DNA from: an uncultured Candidatus Saccharibacteria bacterium | Lineage (GTDB): Bacteria > Patescibacteriota > CPR2 > UBA1875 > CAIMLA01 | Direction: 5' to 3' | Assembly (NCBI GenBank): GCA_964594415.1 | Contig: CAZQLQ010000003.1 | Span: 6,224-70,223 of the forward strand | DNA length: 64,000 nt | Part shown: positions 1 to 9,858 of the stretch, one piece after another | How positions within the stretch are numbered: position 1 is the stretch's first letter | Layout: each line of letters starts with the position of its first letter | Program-made: the position numbers and the translations under genes | Notes under the pieces: generated by a model | What the model saw: only the letters and a program-made list of their open reading frames with translations | What the model was told of the DNA's origin: nothing | Database searches by the model: none

Positions 1-298
1 GATGAGTAAGAATAACCGCATCAATCTTTCTATCATAAGCTGGGACAATCTTGTCTACTTTTGAAATAACCCCTTCACTAGGACCGCCATCAATTATTAT
101 TCTCTGACTGTCAGGAGTCTCTATCATCTCCATATCTCCCTGACCTACATCAAAAAACCACAACCTAATAAATTCCGAGTTTGGTTCATAATAAAAATCA
201 CACAAAGCAATTAATATTAAAAACAAAAATGCTATTACTAGATTTGCTCTTATGCTTTGTTTTTTTAAGCTTTTAAATTTTTTTAAACCGTTTTCCAT
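1..298 (-). CDS. ComEC-associated metallo-beta-lactamase-fold protein (5' part; runs off window)
   Basis: Translated by hand from ATG at 298: N-terminal TM segment, then FFDVGQGD...IIIDGGP...DAVILTH, typical of ComEC/Rec2 MBL domains; lies directly downstream of comEC. Confidence 0.85.
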   Translation of the reverse strand, partial: MENGLKKFKSLKKQSIRANLVIAFLFLILIALCDFYYEPNSEFIRLWFFDVGQGDMEMIETPDSQRIIIDGGPSEGVISKVDKIVPAYDRKIDAVILTH

Positions 299-325
299 AA
301 ATAAACATTAACAAAAATTAACCCA

Positions 326-1768
326 TTATTCACGTATACATTTTACTGATTTCCTAAAAATAAACCAAAAATCAAGTATTAGTAAGTAAAGCAGAACAAT
401 AATTATGGGGTTTTTTATTTCTAATTGATAGGAGGAGAAGGATAGGTTGCCAAAAAAATCAATTATATTATTAAATGCCTTCAAGAGGATGAAGCCTGGT
501 ATTGCTATAATCTTCCCAAGAAGAATATTGAACATTCCAAATACACCTATTAAAAAAGAGACTAGCATACATAAAGGTACTAAGCTCAAAACTAAAAGAT
601 TTGAGATCGGTGAAATAACCGAAATTGTACCAAAATAATACATTAAGATTGGGAGTGAAACTAACTGAGCTCCTAAGGTTTCAGAGATCGGGAGAGAGAT
701 GAAGCTTGGCAGAAACGAAGCCTTGTTATAGAGAATTGGCCCAATGTAGATCATACCCAGAAGAGCAGCAAAAGATAGCTGAAATCCTATGTCATAAATC
801 AGTAAAAATGGATTAAAAATAAGCATAATAGCAGCCGAAAGCAATATTAGCGAAAAGCTGTCGCTACCTCTACCGAAACAACGGGCAAGAATAGGCATAA
901 CCCCCATAATAGCTGCTCTCACAATACTGGGAGAAGCCCCTGTCATAACAACAAAAATACTTACAAAAATAAAAGGGATCACCAGGTTTACCTTTCTGGA
1001 AAACCGTGTTTTCAAGAACTGAAAAAGCCCTAAAATAATTGTTATGTTATATCCGGACAGAGCAATTATGTGCATTGTCCCGCTTGCCTGTAACGCTCTT
1101 TTCACTTCCGCAGTAAGAGAGGCTTTTTCCCCAAGTATCAATCCGCTTGCCAGACCCGCTTCTCTTTCTGGCAAAGAAAAGGAAATCGCCGAATTAATTT
1201 CAGATCTAAGGTTGTATAATTTTTGCCTTAGTGCGGTGGAAGGACCCTTAGTAGTGCCTGTTTTTTCTATCTCCTTCGCATATGCCAATCCGACAGATTC
1301 TTCTTTCTTATATTTTCCGCTGTTTTCATCAAAAATTTTGACTTTTCCGACAAATTTTAATTCGTCACCAAACTTATAATTTGGGTATTTCGGGGCATAA
1401 AAAGTAACTTTCTTGCCAAATCCAAAGCTGTTTTTATTTATAATTTCGGCGGTTATTTGCTGTTGATTATCATACTCAATGGGAGGCTCATTTACCGAAA
1501 CTGTGTAATTACTCTCTGAAAATGCTAAATTAAAATTGATTTTTTCCAGGACTTCAGATCTCAATTGAAAATGAAAAATGGAAATGAAGAATACTCCCAA
1601 ACCAAAAATGATCCCCCAAAAGAACCTTTTTATAAAAATCAAAAAAGACAATAAGCATATTGTGACTCCTAAAATTAAATAATTTAAGGGGTCTGAGATA
1701 AAATAACTAGCAGCTCCATTCCCTAAAATAAAGAAGCACAACCATAATATAAAAATTTTTGCTCTCAT
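326..1768 (-). CDS. comEC: ComEC/Rec2 competence membrane channel (OB + Competence domains)
   Basis: HIIALSGYN, SIVRAAIM and DIGFQLSF motifs; multiple TM helices. Confidence 0.93.
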   Translation of the reverse strand: MRAKIFILWLCFFILGNGAASYFISDPLNYLILGVTICLLSFLIFIKRFFWGIIFGLGVFFISIFHFQLRSEVLEKINFNLAFSESNYTVSVNEPPIEYDNQQQITAEIINKNSFGFGKKVTFYAPKYPNYKFGDELKFVGKVKIFDENSGKYKKEESVGLAYAKEIEKTGTTKGPSTALRQKLYNLRSEINSAISFSLPEREAGLASGLILGEKASLTAEVKRALQASGTMHIIALSGYNITIILGLFQFLKTRFSRKVNLVIPFIFVSIFVVMTGASPSIVRAAIMGVMPILARCFGRGSDSFSLILLSAAIMLIFNPFLLIYDIGFQLSFAALLGMIYIGPILYNKASFLPSFISLPISETLGAQLVSLPILMYYFGTISVISPISNLLVLSLVPLCMLVSFLIGVFGMFNILLGKIIAIPGFILLKAFNNIIDFFGNLSFSSYQLEIKNPIIIVLLYLLILDFWFIFRKSVKCIRE

Positions 1769-1786
1769 AAATAATCTGTATTTTAA

Positions 1787-1808
1787 AAATCCCGCCGAAG
1801 CGGGATTT
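1787..1808 (-). terminator. Intrinsic terminator after zinc-ribbon gene
   Basis: aaatcccgc-TTCG-gcgggattt hairpin followed by T-run on minus strand. Confidence 0.75.
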
Positions 1809-1819
1809 ATTTTGCTCTA

Positions 1820-2110
1820 TTAAGAAGCGTTTTTCTGCTTTTTGAAACAGTCTATACAATAAACCGGTCTATCACCTTTTGGTTCAAATGGGACTGTAGT
1901 TGTCTGGCCGCATTCTGCGCACACAACCTCGAAAGATTTTCTTTCTCTACCAGAACTGTTACGGCTTGCCTTTGCTGCTCTTCGACATTCTGGACATCTT
2001 TTTGGTTCATTTTCAAAACCCTTTTCTGCGTAGAACTCTTGTTCGCTGACAGAAAAGATAAAGTCATTACCACAGTCAACACAAGCAATCGTCTTATCTT
2101 TAAAACTCAT
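1820..2110 (-). CDS. Zinc-ribbon / CxxC-x17-CxxC domain protein
   Basis: CVDC...F...EQEFY.EKGF.NEPKRCPEC plus CAEC...VPFEP...RPVYCIDC; SD AAAGGAG. Confidence 0.9.
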   Translation of the reverse strand: MSFKDKTIACVDCGNDFIFSVSEQEFYAEKGFENEPKRCPECRRAAKASRNSSGRERKSFEVVCAECGQTTTVPFEPKGDRPVYCIDCFKKQKNAS

Positions 2111-2298
2111 TTTAATGCTCCTTTCTAAAAGATTTCCCGTCCGGGATGGGGCTATGAGTTTAAGTACCGACGATTGAGAAACAAACTAAATCTAGGACTG
2201 AAACTATACACCATGAGCATTATAACACAAAATTTGAATAATGAATAGTTTTTATTGAATAAAAAACAAAAAGAGAGATTTCTCTCTCTGAAGATTCT

Positions 2299-2373
2299 TG
2301 GTAGCGGGGGTGGGATTCGAACCCACGACCTCCGGGTTATGAGCCCGACGAGCTGCCGCTGCTCTACCCCGCG
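2299..2373 (-). tRNA. tRNA-fMet (CAT), initiator
   Basis: Cloverleaf CGCGGGG...CTCATAA...TTCGAAT...ACCA; unpaired 1:72 and GGG/CCC in anticodon stem. Confidence 0.95.
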
Positions 2374-2489
2374 TCAAAAAATATCAAAAACTAAAGACAA
2401 TTTTAACATTTATATATATTTTGTCAAGACCCTATATGTAAACCGTATATCTTATAAAAAAAGCCTGCACTTTATGTGCAGGCCACGCC

Positions 2490-3395
2490 TTAGATATCCC
2501 AATCTAATGTCTTTAAAGCCTTACTTGCTATTCTGATGTATATAGTCGATCCTTTTGATATTTTTTTCACTTCCCCGTCTATTTGAATATTTGCCTCGTG
2601 TGGCAAATACAGACAATATTCATTTGCTTGCGTTCCTTCAAGGCGACCCAATACCCCCAGCGCTATCTTTTGAGGGAAGGAAAGGTCCTGATGAAGATGA
2701 ACGATTTCAAATAAACCGTCGTCGCATATAGAGTTTCTTACCTTAAAAAGCTTGGCCATTCTTGGACTATTATGAATCGTTAAGCTTCTTAAGTTTAGTT
2801 TTTCCCCGAAGGCATCTTCTAATGGTATGCCCTTATTAGTTACAACTTCCCTTAATACCAATGTTGCTTCTGGAACAATTTTTCCCTTTAGGCTTTCGGC
2901 TTTTTCAAGAATTATCGCAGTGTCTGCAGTTAGCCCAAAACCGACGTAAGAATGAGCATAGAAACGATAACTGCTAAAAATATCTGCATTATCAATGATT
3001 ATTTCTAATAGATCTATGTTTCTAATACTAGCTGACAATATTGCTTTTTTCAGTTTCCCTTTGTCACCAAACATGCTAAACCAGTCATTAGCATTACCAC
3101 CAGGCCAAGCTACAACAAAAGGGGAGTTATTAGTTAACATCGCTTGGTTAACAACTGCATTGTAACCGCCGTCACCACTAACCGAGATGAATAGAGCTTG
3201 CGTTGTGGAGTATGCTCTCATAAATTCTTTTGTTTCTTCAATCGAGTTGGAGAATAAATAGGAATGCTTAATTTTTTCACTCTTAAGCCAATCCAGAGCT
3301 TCGAAACCTTCTTTTATGCCTCTGTTACTTTTCTTATTGATTATTAGAAATACTTTCTCAAACCCCTCAATACCACTCGATGACAATATACTCAC
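2490..3395 (-). CDS. Diacylglycerol kinase family lipid kinase
   Basis: SGDGG, PGGNANDW and QIDGE motifs. Confidence 0.8.
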   Translation of the reverse strand: MSILSSSGIEGFEKVFLIINKKSNRGIKEGFEALDWLKSEKIKHSYLFSNSIEETKEFMRAYSTTQALFISVSGDGGYNAVVNQAMLTNNSPFVVAWPGGNANDWFSMFGDKGKLKKAILSASIRNIDLLEIIIDNADIFSSYRFYAHSYVGFGLTADTAIILEKAESLKGKIVPEATLVLREVVTNKGIPLEDAFGEKLNLRSLTIHNSPRMAKLFKVRNSICDDGLFEIVHLHQDLSFPQKIALGVLGRLEGTQANEYCLYLPHEANIQIDGEVKKISKGSTIYIRIASKALKTLDWDI

Positions 3396-3503
3396 TCCTT
3401 ATTTTGATTATAATTATTCAAAAGCCGAATTAATCAATTGTGAAATAGCAAAAGACGGATTAACGTAATTTCGTAGAATTTATAACATCTATTGAGGTTC
3501 ATT

Positions 3504-3860
3504 TCAAGAATTAACAAAAAAGAAACGATACCATTTTTCAGGATTCGAGTAGTTCACAACTGGGGCTTCCTCAACTATTTCTACCTTCGTTTGTGGCAAA
3601 ATCACAACGACTTGTTCCCCAGCTTTCTGCATTCCCAGTCTTTCCCTAGCAATCTTTTCTTTGTAATCAAGGCTTTTGTAATAAGTAATCTTACGGATCA
3701 TGTCTTCGTTTTTCAGCTTTATGGTTTCAATCTCTTTTGCAAGAGCAGTTGCCTGTTGGTTTACGCCATAGCTTTGATACATTCTTTCGCCTACTGAATA
3801 CAATAGATAAACAGATAAAAGAACGAAGGCTGTTTGAACAAAAAACTTCTTACTTTTCAT
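3504..3860 (-). CDS. Septum formation initiator (FtsB/DivIC family)
   Basis: TM + coiled coil + EKIARERLGM..GE motif; ATG at 3860 lies 6 nt after TGnTATAAT (leaderless). Confidence 0.85.
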   Translation of the reverse strand: MKSKKFFVQTAFVLLSVYLLYSVGERMYQSYGVNQQATALAKEIETIKLKNEDMIRKITYYKSLDYKEKIARERLGMQKAGEQVVVILPQTKVEIVEEAPVVNYSNPEKWYRFFFVNS

Positions 3861-3893
3861 TGACTTATTATAACATAAAGTCACTTCTTAACA

Positions 3894-3922
3894 TTGACTA
3901 GAACAAGATAATTAGCTATAAT
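3894..3922 (+). promoter_or_regulatory. Sigma70-type promoter
   Basis: TTGACT-N17-TATAAT. Confidence 0.7.
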
Positions 3923-4261
3923 ATCAATGTTTCAAGACCTCAAAAAGCTAGTTGCAAAAAGCTTAATAGGGCATAAACCTAACAAAGATTTACAAAATTT
4001 GTGTTAGACGAATTAAAACTCAAGAATTTTATTAATTCTTTTTTTATGTCTAAAAAGTAGTTTAGAAATAGCATTATTGAAAAAAAATTAATTTTAAGCT
4101 AAAATATAGCGGTTAAATAATAATTTATATAAGTTATTTAACTGAATAAAAAATCGCCCGAAGTCAACAAAATTTATAATTTTATTGAAAATGAGCAATA
4201 ACATCAGGGTAAAGCAGCCCAATAAATTGAGTCTGCGTAACCCGAAAGTGAATTGCGACGC

Positions 4262-4337
4262 GGGCCCGTAGCTCAGTCGGTAGAGCAATTGCCTTTTAAG
4301 CAACTGGTCGTGGGTTCGAGTCCCACCGGGCCCTCCA
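4262..4337 (+). tRNA. tRNA-Lys (TTT)
   Basis: Cloverleaf GGGCCCG...CTTTTAA...TTCGAGT...CGGGCCC-T-CCA. Confidence 0.95.
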
Positions 4338-4374
4338 TCACTCGCACATTAATTTATATAATAGATAAGAGTAA

Positions 4375-4398
4375 TGTCCTGAGCTTAGTCGAAGGACA
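4375..4398. repeat. REP-like short imperfect palindrome
   Basis: tgtcct-gagcttagtcga-aggaca; shares the gagc..agtcgaag core with the element at 19094-19113. Confidence 0.55.
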
Positions 4399-4493
4399 AC
4401 AAATTCGAAGAAAATTCAATATTTTTGTGAAAGATAAAGTCTTTAATGTAATTACTGGAAAATTTAAATATATTTAGTACGACTTCTTCGCGT

Positions 4494-4568
4494 GGCTGTG
4501 TAGCTCAGGGGTAGAGCAGCAGACTCATAAGCTGTTGGTCGGTGGTTCAAATCCACCCACAGCCACCA
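4494..4568 (+). tRNA. tRNA-Met (CAT), probably elongator
   Basis: Cloverleaf GGCTGTG...CTCATAA...TTCAAAT...CACAGCC-A-CCA; lacks initiator features; assigned by exclusion of fMet and Ile2. Confidence 0.85.
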
Positions 4569-4584
4569 AAATACATATAATAGG

Positions 4585-4610
4585 AAAACGGCTCTTTTAG
4601 AGCCGTTTTT
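4585..4610. terminator. Bidirectional terminator
   Basis: aaaacggctct-ttt-agagccgttttt between convergent units. Confidence 0.8.
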
Positions 4611-4628
4611 CTTGTCCTTATTAACTTG

Positions 4629-5147
4629 TTATTTACCAAAAATTTTCTTTAATATTCCGGTAATAACAACAACAATTATCGGTGCAACCAGCCAAAGCAA
4701 TCTGTAGGTGTAAACATAACCTGCAACAACGCTTCCTGATAATAAACTCATTCTCTCTGCTTCGCCCATAAAACTGAATATGCTAGAAGTAATAAGCCCT
4801 GCTGACAAAAATCCATATATAGCAGTGTAGATTACGTTGTTTGCAGTTGAGTCCTTACTGGAAGTTATTAGTTCGCTTCTAAGTGTCATGATAAATATCA
4901 CCGAAACAAAAAGCAGAACTTCTACCGCAAACAATGAAGCGCTAAATCCCTGAGGCAACGAAGGAATCATTGAAATCCGGTTATAAGCCAAATCACCAAC
5001 CTCTACCGCTATAACATAACCAATATATGAATTTATGAGAATATTAAGGACCCTACCCTTTCCTAATAGTAGTCCGTAAATAGTCATTATGACAAAAAAT
5101 AATATAATAAACAGGTCCCAAGATGGCGTCATTACTTTCCTTGTCAA
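4629..5147 (-). CDS. Membrane protein, CvpA-like topology
   Basis: About 5 TM helices; N-terminal WDLFII...YGLLLG pattern. Confidence 0.55.
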   Translation of the reverse strand: MTRKVMTPSWDLFIILFFVIMTIYGLLLGKGRVLNILINSYIGYVIAVEVGDLAYNRISMIPSLPQGFSASLFAVEVLLFVSVIFIMTLRSELITSSKDSTANNVIYTAIYGFLSAGLITSSIFSFMGEAERMSLLSGSVVAGYVYTYRLLWLVAPIIVVVITGILKKIFGK

Positions 5148-5312
5148 ATTATCAGTCTTAATTAATTATAGATTTATAAGTATTAAGCGTCAATATCAAA
5201 AGAGCACATATGCAGTTAATTCTTCTGCCTTTGAAGAAAGTAAAAATTTTATCATTTTATTAGTTCCCGCCTTGCTCAAACAATATCAAAAACGTTTAGT
5301 TCAACCAGAAAA

Positions 5313-6431
5313 CTAGAACCAGCTTTTGTCTTTATCAAATTCTTCTAACAGTTGTTTTTGTTTCCTAGAAAGGCTGGTCGGGGTCTTTACAATTACCGTG
5401 ACCAGATGGTCGCCTCTCTTATTACTATGTAGCTTAGGAACTCCGTGATCACTCAGTTTAAACACTTTCCCACTCTGAGTTCCGGCGGGTATTTTTAGCT
5501 TGAGCTTCCCGTCAACAGTCTCCACTTCAACATTTGATCCTAGTGCTGCCTGAGGAAAAGTAATCTCTACCTCGCTTAATATGTCAAATCCTGATCGACT
5601 AAATTTTTTATCTCTATTTATATTGACCCTCAGATACAAGTCACCAGGAGGTACCCCTTGTTTCCCCGCTTCCCCCGCTCCTGAAATTCTAATCTTTTGG
5701 GCATCATCAATGCCGGCCGGTATTTTTACTTTAATTGTTACTTGCTCTTTTAATCTTCCTTCTCCGGAACATTTAGAACATTTTTTCTCAGGAATTTTCC
5801 CTTTTCCAAAGCAATCAGAACAAATTGATGCAGAAGAAAAAGTTCCAAAAATCGTGCGAGATTGAGTTTGTATTTGCCCGCTTCCATGACAAGTGGGACA
5901 AGTCTTGAAAGTCGTTCCGGGTTCGGCGCCATTTCCTTTACACTTACTGCAAGTGTTCATCTTTAGCAAGTTGAAGTCTTTTTCAACGCCAAAAACAGCT
6001 TCCTTAAAATCAATCCGTATCTCTGCATGAATATCATTTCCTTTTTGAGCCTTACGACTTGTGCTTCTGCCTCCACCACCGAAGAAAGTTTCAAAGATAT
6101 CACCAAATCCCCCCAGATCACTCATGTCAAACTCAACACCCTGACCAAAACCACCATATTGCTGATAATTAAATCCTCCTGTTCCCGAGGGACCATTTCC
6201 AGCACCAAAGGGTCCATTATGCCCGAATTGATCATAGTTTTTACGCTTTGTAGCATCAGAAAGGACTGAGTAGGCTTCATTGATCTCCTTAAATTTAGCC
6301 TCAGCCTCTGCTCCGCCTCCCTTATCAGGATGATACTTCATGGCAAGCTTACGATAAGCTTTTTTAAGCTCCACATCCGAAGCAGTTTTGCTAACTCCAA
6401 GAACTTCATAATAATCTTTTTTTACAGCCAT
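5313..6431 (-). CDS. dnaJ: Chaperone DnaJ
   Basis: J domain with HPD, G/F region, four CxxCxGxG repeats. Confidence 0.98.
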   Translation of the reverse strand: MAVKKDYYEVLGVSKTASDVELKKAYRKLAMKYHPDKGGGAEAEAKFKEINEAYSVLSDATKRKNYDQFGHNGPFGAGNGPSGTGGFNYQQYGGFGQGVEFDMSDLGGFGDIFETFFGGGGRSTSRKAQKGNDIHAEIRIDFKEAVFGVEKDFNLLKMNTCSKCKGNGAEPGTTFKTCPTCHGSGQIQTQSRTIFGTFSSASICSDCFGKGKIPEKKCSKCSGEGRLKEQVTIKVKIPAGIDDAQKIRISGAGEAGKQGVPPGDLYLRVNINRDKKFSRSGFDILSEVEITFPQAALGSNVEVETVDGKLKLKIPAGTQSGKVFKLSDHGVPKLHSNKRGDHLVTVIVKTPTSLSRKQKQLLEEFDKDKSWF

Positions 6432-6502
6432 TATTTTCTATCAACCAATCCACCAGCAATCGTGGTTTTAAAAACTAATTTATCCTGTTCTTCTTTCGTC
6501 AT
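6431..6502 (-). CDS. Putative 23-aa peptide [23 protein letters not shown]
   Basis: SD-like AAAAGGAAG upstream; its TAA overlaps the dnaJ ATG (TAATG). Confidence 0.45.
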   Translation of the reverse strand: MTKEEQDKLVFKTTIAGGLVDRK

Positions 6503-6575
6503 AACTTCCTTTTTAAATAATGAGTAGCAGCTAATGACGGCTTATCGAAATAAACCGTCACTGTGTCGCAACTAA

Positions 6576-8468
6576 TTATTCTTCTTTTTTATCTTCTTCA
6601 ACGACTTCGCCTTCTACCGGTCCTTCTTCTGCCTTCGTCTCTTCTGCAGCGCCTTCACCAGACTGTGCTGGTTGCTCATACATCGTTGCTCCGACTTTCT
6701 GGATTGCTTCAAATAGGGCATCATATGACTTTTGAATAGAATCTTTATCATCACCGTCTTTGAGTTTTTTCAATTCTTCAACTTTTGCTTCAACGTCTTT
6801 TTTGTCTTCTTCTTTTGCCTTATCCCCGGCGTCTTTCAAAGTCTTTTCTGCAGTATAAATCAAGGCGTCTGACATATTTTTGAGGTCAACAAGTTCTTTT
6901 CTCTTCTTGTCTTCTTCAGCATGTGCTTCAGCATCTTTTTGCATTCTCTCTATTTCTTCTTTTGAAAGTCCGCTTGACGCAGTGATGGTAATCTTTTGTT
7001 CCTTACCTGTTGCTTTGTCTTTGGCGGTTACGTGTACAATTCCGTTTGCGTCGATGTCAAATGTTACTTCAACTTGCGGAATACCCCTAGGTGCAGGTGG
7101 GATACCATCTAGAATGAATCTTCCTAACGACTTATTGTCAGCCGCAAATTCACGTTCACCCTGGAGAACATTGATCTCCACCGAGGTTTGGTTATCTGCT
7201 GCAGTGGAAAATACTTGTGATGCGCTGGTTGGGATAGTAGTATTCTTTTCTATTAGCTTCGTAGAAACACCTCCCAATGTTTCAATTCCAAGAGAAAGGG
7301 GAGTAACATCAAGAAGAAGAACGTCCTTTACTTCTCCGCCAAGCACCCCTCCTTGAATTGCTGCTCCAACAGCCACAACTTCGTCTGGATTTACACCTTT
7401 AAGCGGTTCTTTACCAAAAAAGTCTTTAACAGCTTCTTGAACCTTTGGCATACGAGTCATACCGCCGACTAAAATTACTTCGTTGATATCTGTTACTTTC
7501 AGGCCAGCATCCGCAAGAGCGGTTTTGCACGGTTCAATCGTCTTCTTGATCAAATCGTCAACTATAGTTTCAAGCTTTGCCCTTGTCATCTTATAAGTGA
7601 GGTGCTTAGGACCGCTGCTATCAGCTGTAATGAATGGGATATTGATTTCTGTTTCCATCGTGCTTGATAGCTCAATTTTTGCCTTCTCGGCAGCTTCTTT
7701 AAGCCTCTGTAGAGCCGCTGTGTCAGCTTTCAAATCAATTCCTTGCTCCCTCTTAAACTCATCGACAAGCCAATCAATTATTCTCTGGTCAAAGTCATCA
7801 CCACCAAGATGAGTATCTCCATTTGTGGATTTAACTTCAAAAACACCATCACCTAGCTCAAGGATAGAAACATCAAACGTTCCGCCACCAAGATCGTAAA
7901 CAGCTACTTTTTCTTCTTTTTTCTTATCAAGCCCATAAGCAAGTGCTGCTGCGGTAGGTTCATTAATAATTCTTTTTACGTCCAGCCCAGCAATTTTTCC
8001 AGCATCTTTTGTCGCTTGACGCTGAGAATCGTTAAAATAAGCAGGCACAGTAATTACCGCCTCCGTAACTTTTTCACCTAGATAAGCTTCGGCATCTGCT
8101 TTCAACTTCGAAAGAATCATAGCGGAAATTTCGGCCGGACTATAATTCTTATCTCCCATCTTTACAGTTACCCCACCGTTTTCTTTTTCAATCTTGTAAG
8201 GAACAAGCTCGATATCCTTTTTTACTTCCGGATCATTGTAACCGCGACCAATCAATCTTTTTACTGAAAAAATTGTATTTTCAAAATTAATCACTGCTTG
8301 TCTTTTTGCGATTTGCCCAACAAGCCTCTCTCCGCTTTTAGAAACCGCCACAATTGAAGGCGTTGTGCGATTTCCTTCTGCATTTGCAATTACCTTCGGT
8401 TCTCCGCCTTCCATTACAGCCATGGCTGAGTTTGTTGTCCCAAGGTCAATTCCTATTATTTTTCCCAT
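6576..8468 (-). CDS. dnaK: Chaperone DnaK (Hsp70)
   Basis: [17 protein letters not shown] and DLGGGTFD motifs; start moved to MGKIIG after SD AAAGGAG. Confidence 0.99.
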   Translation of the reverse strand: MGKIIGIDLGTTNSAMAVMEGGEPKVIANAEGNRTTPSIVAVSKSGERLVGQIAKRQAVINFENTIFSVKRLIGRGYNDPEVKKDIELVPYKIEKENGGVTVKMGDKNYSPAEISAMILSKLKADAEAYLGEKVTEAVITVPAYFNDSQRQATKDAGKIAGLDVKRIINEPTAAALAYGLDKKKEEKVAVYDLGGGTFDVSILELGDGVFEVKSTNGDTHLGGDDFDQRIIDWLVDEFKREQGIDLKADTAALQRLKEAAEKAKIELSSTMETEINIPFITADSSGPKHLTYKMTRAKLETIVDDLIKKTIEPCKTALADAGLKVTDINEVILVGGMTRMPKVQEAVKDFFGKEPLKGVNPDEVVAVGAAIQGGVLGGEVKDVLLLDVTPLSLGIETLGGVSTKLIEKNTTIPTSASQVFSTAADNQTSVEINVLQGEREFAADNKSLGRFILDGIPPAPRGIPQVEVTFDIDANGIVHVTAKDKATGKEQKITITASSGLSKEEIERMQKDAEAHAEEDKKRKELVDLKNMSDALIYTAEKTLKDAGDKAKEEDKKDVEAKVEELKKLKDGDDKDSIQKSYDALFEAIQKVGATMYEQPAQSGEGAAEETKAEEGPVEGEVVEEDKKEE

Positions 8469-8521
8469 ATTTACTCCTTTCTTAAATTGCAACTTCTTAT
8501 GTCACAAAGAAAAATTTTATA

Positions 8522-8995
8522 CTAATCCTTGATATTATTTACAATAACTTTTGCTGGACGAATTAATTTTCCATTTAGCAAATATCCAGCTGCTTCTTCT
8601 TTTACAATCTCATTATTTTTATAATTTTCGTCTGAAACTTCATTTAAAGCTTCGTGAATATTTGGGTCAAAAGCCTTTCCTTCTGATTCTATTTTTTCAA
8701 CTCCATTTGCTGACAATATTTGCTCTAACTGTTTCTCGATTGCCTGAATTCCAACTGTCCAGTTATTCCCCTCGAACTCTGCGGGAACATGCCTTGCTGC
8801 AAGTGAAAAGTTATCCATTACCGGCAAAATCTCTTCTATTATCTTTGCCTGAGCGAACTTAATGAAGTTAACTCTATCTTCTTCATTTCTTCGCTTGTAG
8901 TTTAAAAAGTCTGCCTGTGTTCTTTGCAACATCCCTTTTAGTTCTTCGATCTCGGCTAATAATTTTTCTTGTTTTTCTTCTTTTGGTTTCTTCAT
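8522..8995 (-). CDS. grpE: Nucleotide exchange factor GrpE
   Basis: ADFLNYKRR, FDPNIHEA and GY.L.GKLIRPAKV motifs. Confidence 0.96.
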   Translation of the reverse strand: MKKPKEEKQEKLLAEIEELKGMLQRTQADFLNYKRRNEEDRVNFIKFAQAKIIEEILPVMDNFSLAARHVPAEFEGNNWTVGIQAIEKQLEQILSANGVEKIESEGKAFDPNIHEALNEVSDENYKNNEIVKEEAAGYLLNGKLIRPAKVIVNNIKD

Positions 8996-9002
8996 ATTTC
9001 CT

Positions 9003-9710
9003 CTATATAACATTTTCTAATAGATTTTTTACTTCACCTATTACGGCTATCGTTTTGGGGTAAAACATTCTGGTAGGACCCAAAACAACAAGTCGTCCCC
9101 TTGATCCATCTGGGGCCTGAAACCCTGAGACTACCAACGAGCACCCGGAAGACTTGCCGATTGGCGATTCGCTTCCTATGTATACAATTGGAGCTGTAGA
9201 ATAAGGCAGCTCTCTCATCAGCTCTCTCAGGCGATCAAAAATTTCCACTACGCCTAGCGTATTTGAATGTTCTCCCAAAAATTCAGGTTGTCTGAATAAA
9301 TTAATAAATCCGTGCATATATATGGCGTCTGAGTATCCGACTATTCCTACGTTGCCGGTCATATCTGCAAGAGTCATCGCTGCAGTATCTGCAATTCGTT
9401 CATGTTTTGAATTACGACTTTGAAGCCTTCTCTGGATAATACGTTCCTCACGTTTCAGGAGGGCTTCACGTTCGCTACTAATCATATCTACAAAGTATCG
9501 ATAGCCTTTCTCTGTAGGGATCCTTCCTGCCGATGTATGCGGTTGATAGATGTACTTCTCATCTTCAAGAAGAGCCATTTCGGCCCGAATGGTGGCAGGA
9601 GAAAAAGAAAAATGATATTTTTCTACAAGAACTAGAGAAGCGACAGGTTCTGCCGTTTCTATATATTCGCGCACAATGGCTTCTAGTATTGCTTCTTGTC
9701 TTGTATTCAT
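9003..9710 (-). CDS. hrcA: Heat-inducible repressor HrcA (short form)
   Basis: SPATIR.EM, QPHTSAGRIPTEKGYR and GPTRM.Y motifs; operon context. Confidence 0.95.
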   Translation of the reverse strand: MNTRQEAILEAIVREYIETAEPVASLVLVEKYHFSFSPATIRAEMALLEDEKYIYQPHTSAGRIPTEKGYRYFVDMISSEREALLKREERIIQRRLQSRNSKHERIADTAAMTLADMTGNVGIVGYSDAIYMHGFINLFRQPEFLGEHSNTLGVVEIFDRLRELMRELPYSTAPIVYIGSESPIGKSSGCSLVVSGFQAPDGSRGRLVVLGPTRMFYPKTIAVIGEVKNLLENVI

Positions 9711-9718
9711 CTTTTCTA

Positions 9719-9779
9719 TTAGCACTCTCTTATCACGAGTGCCAAAAATATATTAGCACTCTAGACCAGCGAGTGTCAA
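9719..9779. promoter_or_regulatory. Two tandem CIRCE operators overlapping the hrcA promoter
   Basis: TTAGCACTC-N9-GAGTGCCAA (9719-9745) and TTAGCACTC-N9-GAGTGTCAA (9753-9779); the second contains TTGACA on the minus strand. Confidence 0.93.
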
Positions 9780-9812
9780 TATCTTTTCCCAAAACAAAAA
9801 GCTCCAGACTTT

Positions 9813-9846
9813 TTATAGTTTGGAGCAAATTATAGTTTGGAGCAAA
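9813..9846. repeat. 17-bp perfect tandem duplication within a terminator
   Basis: ttatagtttggagcaaa twice; one arm of hairpin gctccagact/agtttggagc. Confidence 0.85.
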
Positions 9847-9858
9847 ATCAAAAAAATA

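Noticed and set aside
2255-2536. ORF-track entries overlapping tRNAs (2255-2536, 4094-4303, 4253-4477, 18975-19358, 19151-19348)
   Set aside because: Shadow frames across tRNA genes and palindromes.
4195-4256. SRP RNA, because of AAGCAGCC
   Set aside because: The matching CAGG-N-GNRA helix-8 motif is absent.
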